Assembly (NCBI GenBank): GCA_004431415.1
Contig: QPMI01000432.1
Location: 62,001 to 126,000 of the forward strand
Direction of reading: 5' to 3'
DNA length: 64,000 nt
Origin: Cyanophora paradoxa CCMP329
Lineage: Eukaryota > Plantae > Glaucophyta
Below are positions 62,835 to 64,000 of this stretch, piece after piece (within the stretch, counting starts at the first letter, position 1; the number at the start of each line of letters is the position of its first letter). Under the pieces are notes generated by a model, which saw only the letters and a list, made by a program, of their open reading frames with translations, was not told the DNA's origin and did not search any database. Made by a program: the position numbers and the translations under genes.

Positions 62835-64000
62835 ATGTCGACGTCGGTGCCGGCCCAGAATGTTCTGTCGCCCGAGCGGCCACCTCGATCGGACTCTTGT
62901 GCGATCGCCCGTGAGCCTGGCGTGGTGCGCGTGGATCGCCGATTCTTTAATGCAAGAGACCTCCGCCGCCGATCAGCCATTGGGGACTCTCTGAGGGGTT
63001 GAATCATCTCTTTCCGCAGATGCCGGCCCCGTGGAGCCCGCGCAGGACCTCCATCGTGTCACCTCAAGGCGCGGAGCACTGCCCTGCTGGGCTCGCGCGC
63101 GCTGATCGATCTCATGCAGCTGCGCCTGCGTTAATGGATGTTCTCCCGCTGGGATCGGTCGTCAAGGTGCGTAGCGACGAAGCTCGAGGCGGTCTCCGCG
63201 CGCACGCTGACGCTTGCTCCGCACCGCTGCAATGCCTTTTCTTCGTGTAGATCTTCACTGTCATGACCTGGTGCGCTCGCCCCGCGCGAAATCAGCGGCC
63301 TTAAGCTTACCGATTGAGCTTGCGCTTCGGTCGGACTCGGGACGCCTCTGCAGTCCCAACTACGGTGCGCGAGTGCAACTGCTCAATTTTTGTTCTGTTT
63401 TAGTAATTCCTCCCGCAGCAATGGTTTGACCGCGTGCGAGAGGATTTGAAGGACTATGCTAATGTCTTGCTGCGTCAACAGCCCTGGCAAATGAAGCGGC
63501 AAATGAAGAGCACCGGGTCCGGATTCGCGATAAGCGACCGGCGGGTTATTACAAATGCACACGTGCGCATTCGAGAGTTTTTCACAAGTTTTCCGATGTC
63601 ACCAGACTGAACTCTTTCTCCCTGCAGTGCGTGGCCGATGCAACAGTGTGCTCTTTGCTCACTTTCCTCCTCGGTTCTTCTCTCATCGCGTTACCTAGAG
63701 CGTGATGGTGAGGAAGCATGGGAGCGCCGAGAAGATCCTTGCGAAGGGTGTGCATGCCCATCCGTTTGATGCACGGTACCACTACTGGTAGCTGAGAACC
63801 TCAAAATTATTTTCCACAGTGGAACATGTCGGCCATGAGTGCGACTTGGCGATTTTGACAGTGCAAGACGACAAGTTCTGGGAAGGAATACAACCGCTGG
63901 AGCTTGGAGGGGTCCCACACGTGGGCACTTTTTGAATTTCGCAGTCAGATTTCGTGATCCCGACAGTTAGGCTAACTCGTTCATCGCACCTCAGCTACAG
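62835..64000 (+). CDS. Deg/HtrA trypsin-like serine protease (Deg2/9/10 type), runs off the window
   Basis: Micro-exons reassemble SVVK|IFTVMT|CPNY|AM|[21 protein letters not shown]|CVADAT|SVMVRKHG..|[13 protein letters not shown] (catalytic His and Asp). Start approximate. Confidence 0.85.

Noticed and set aside
62563-64000. AT-richer terminal region as a transposon
   Set aside because: Explained by the intron-rich Deg protease gene.

Overview
Very GC-rich, gene-dense eukaryotic nuclear DNA. Most ORFs in the six-frame track are GC-driven shadows; the real genes are split by many short (~45-100 nt) spliceosomal introns, and I rebuilt them by hand. I find about 25 protein-coding genes and two identical tRNA-Arg(ACG) genes. 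The genes are BRO1/ALIX, plastid-targeted DJ-1, RJL GTPase, DUF2834, delta-COP, DUF2358-like, CEP76, F-box, SEC15, NDUFAF5, AMPK-gamma, IWS1, DUF3228, DDX20, NADP-IDH, an EF-hand protein, a FAM166-like ciliary protein, ZFC3H1-like, TTC12, RPL11, a Deg/HtrA protease and several hypotheticals. Plastid transit peptides with an N-proximal Phe together with ciliary genes suggest a flagellated alga, plausibly a glaucophyte such as Cyanophora (inference). Most notable features: (1) very relaxed 5' splice sites, with many GC-AG introns and a GTACCC donor class; (2) micro-exons down to 5 nt; (3) near-perfect strand alternation with 61-290 bp between divergent start codons; (4) a recent inverted duplication of a promoter+tRNA cassette that looks like an inversion breakpoint scar; (5) an 81-aa two-repeat orphan protein hidden across 4 exons; (6) two palindrome-rich intergenic islands sharing a sequence vocabulary. 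Gene identities rest on motif recognition; no searches were run.
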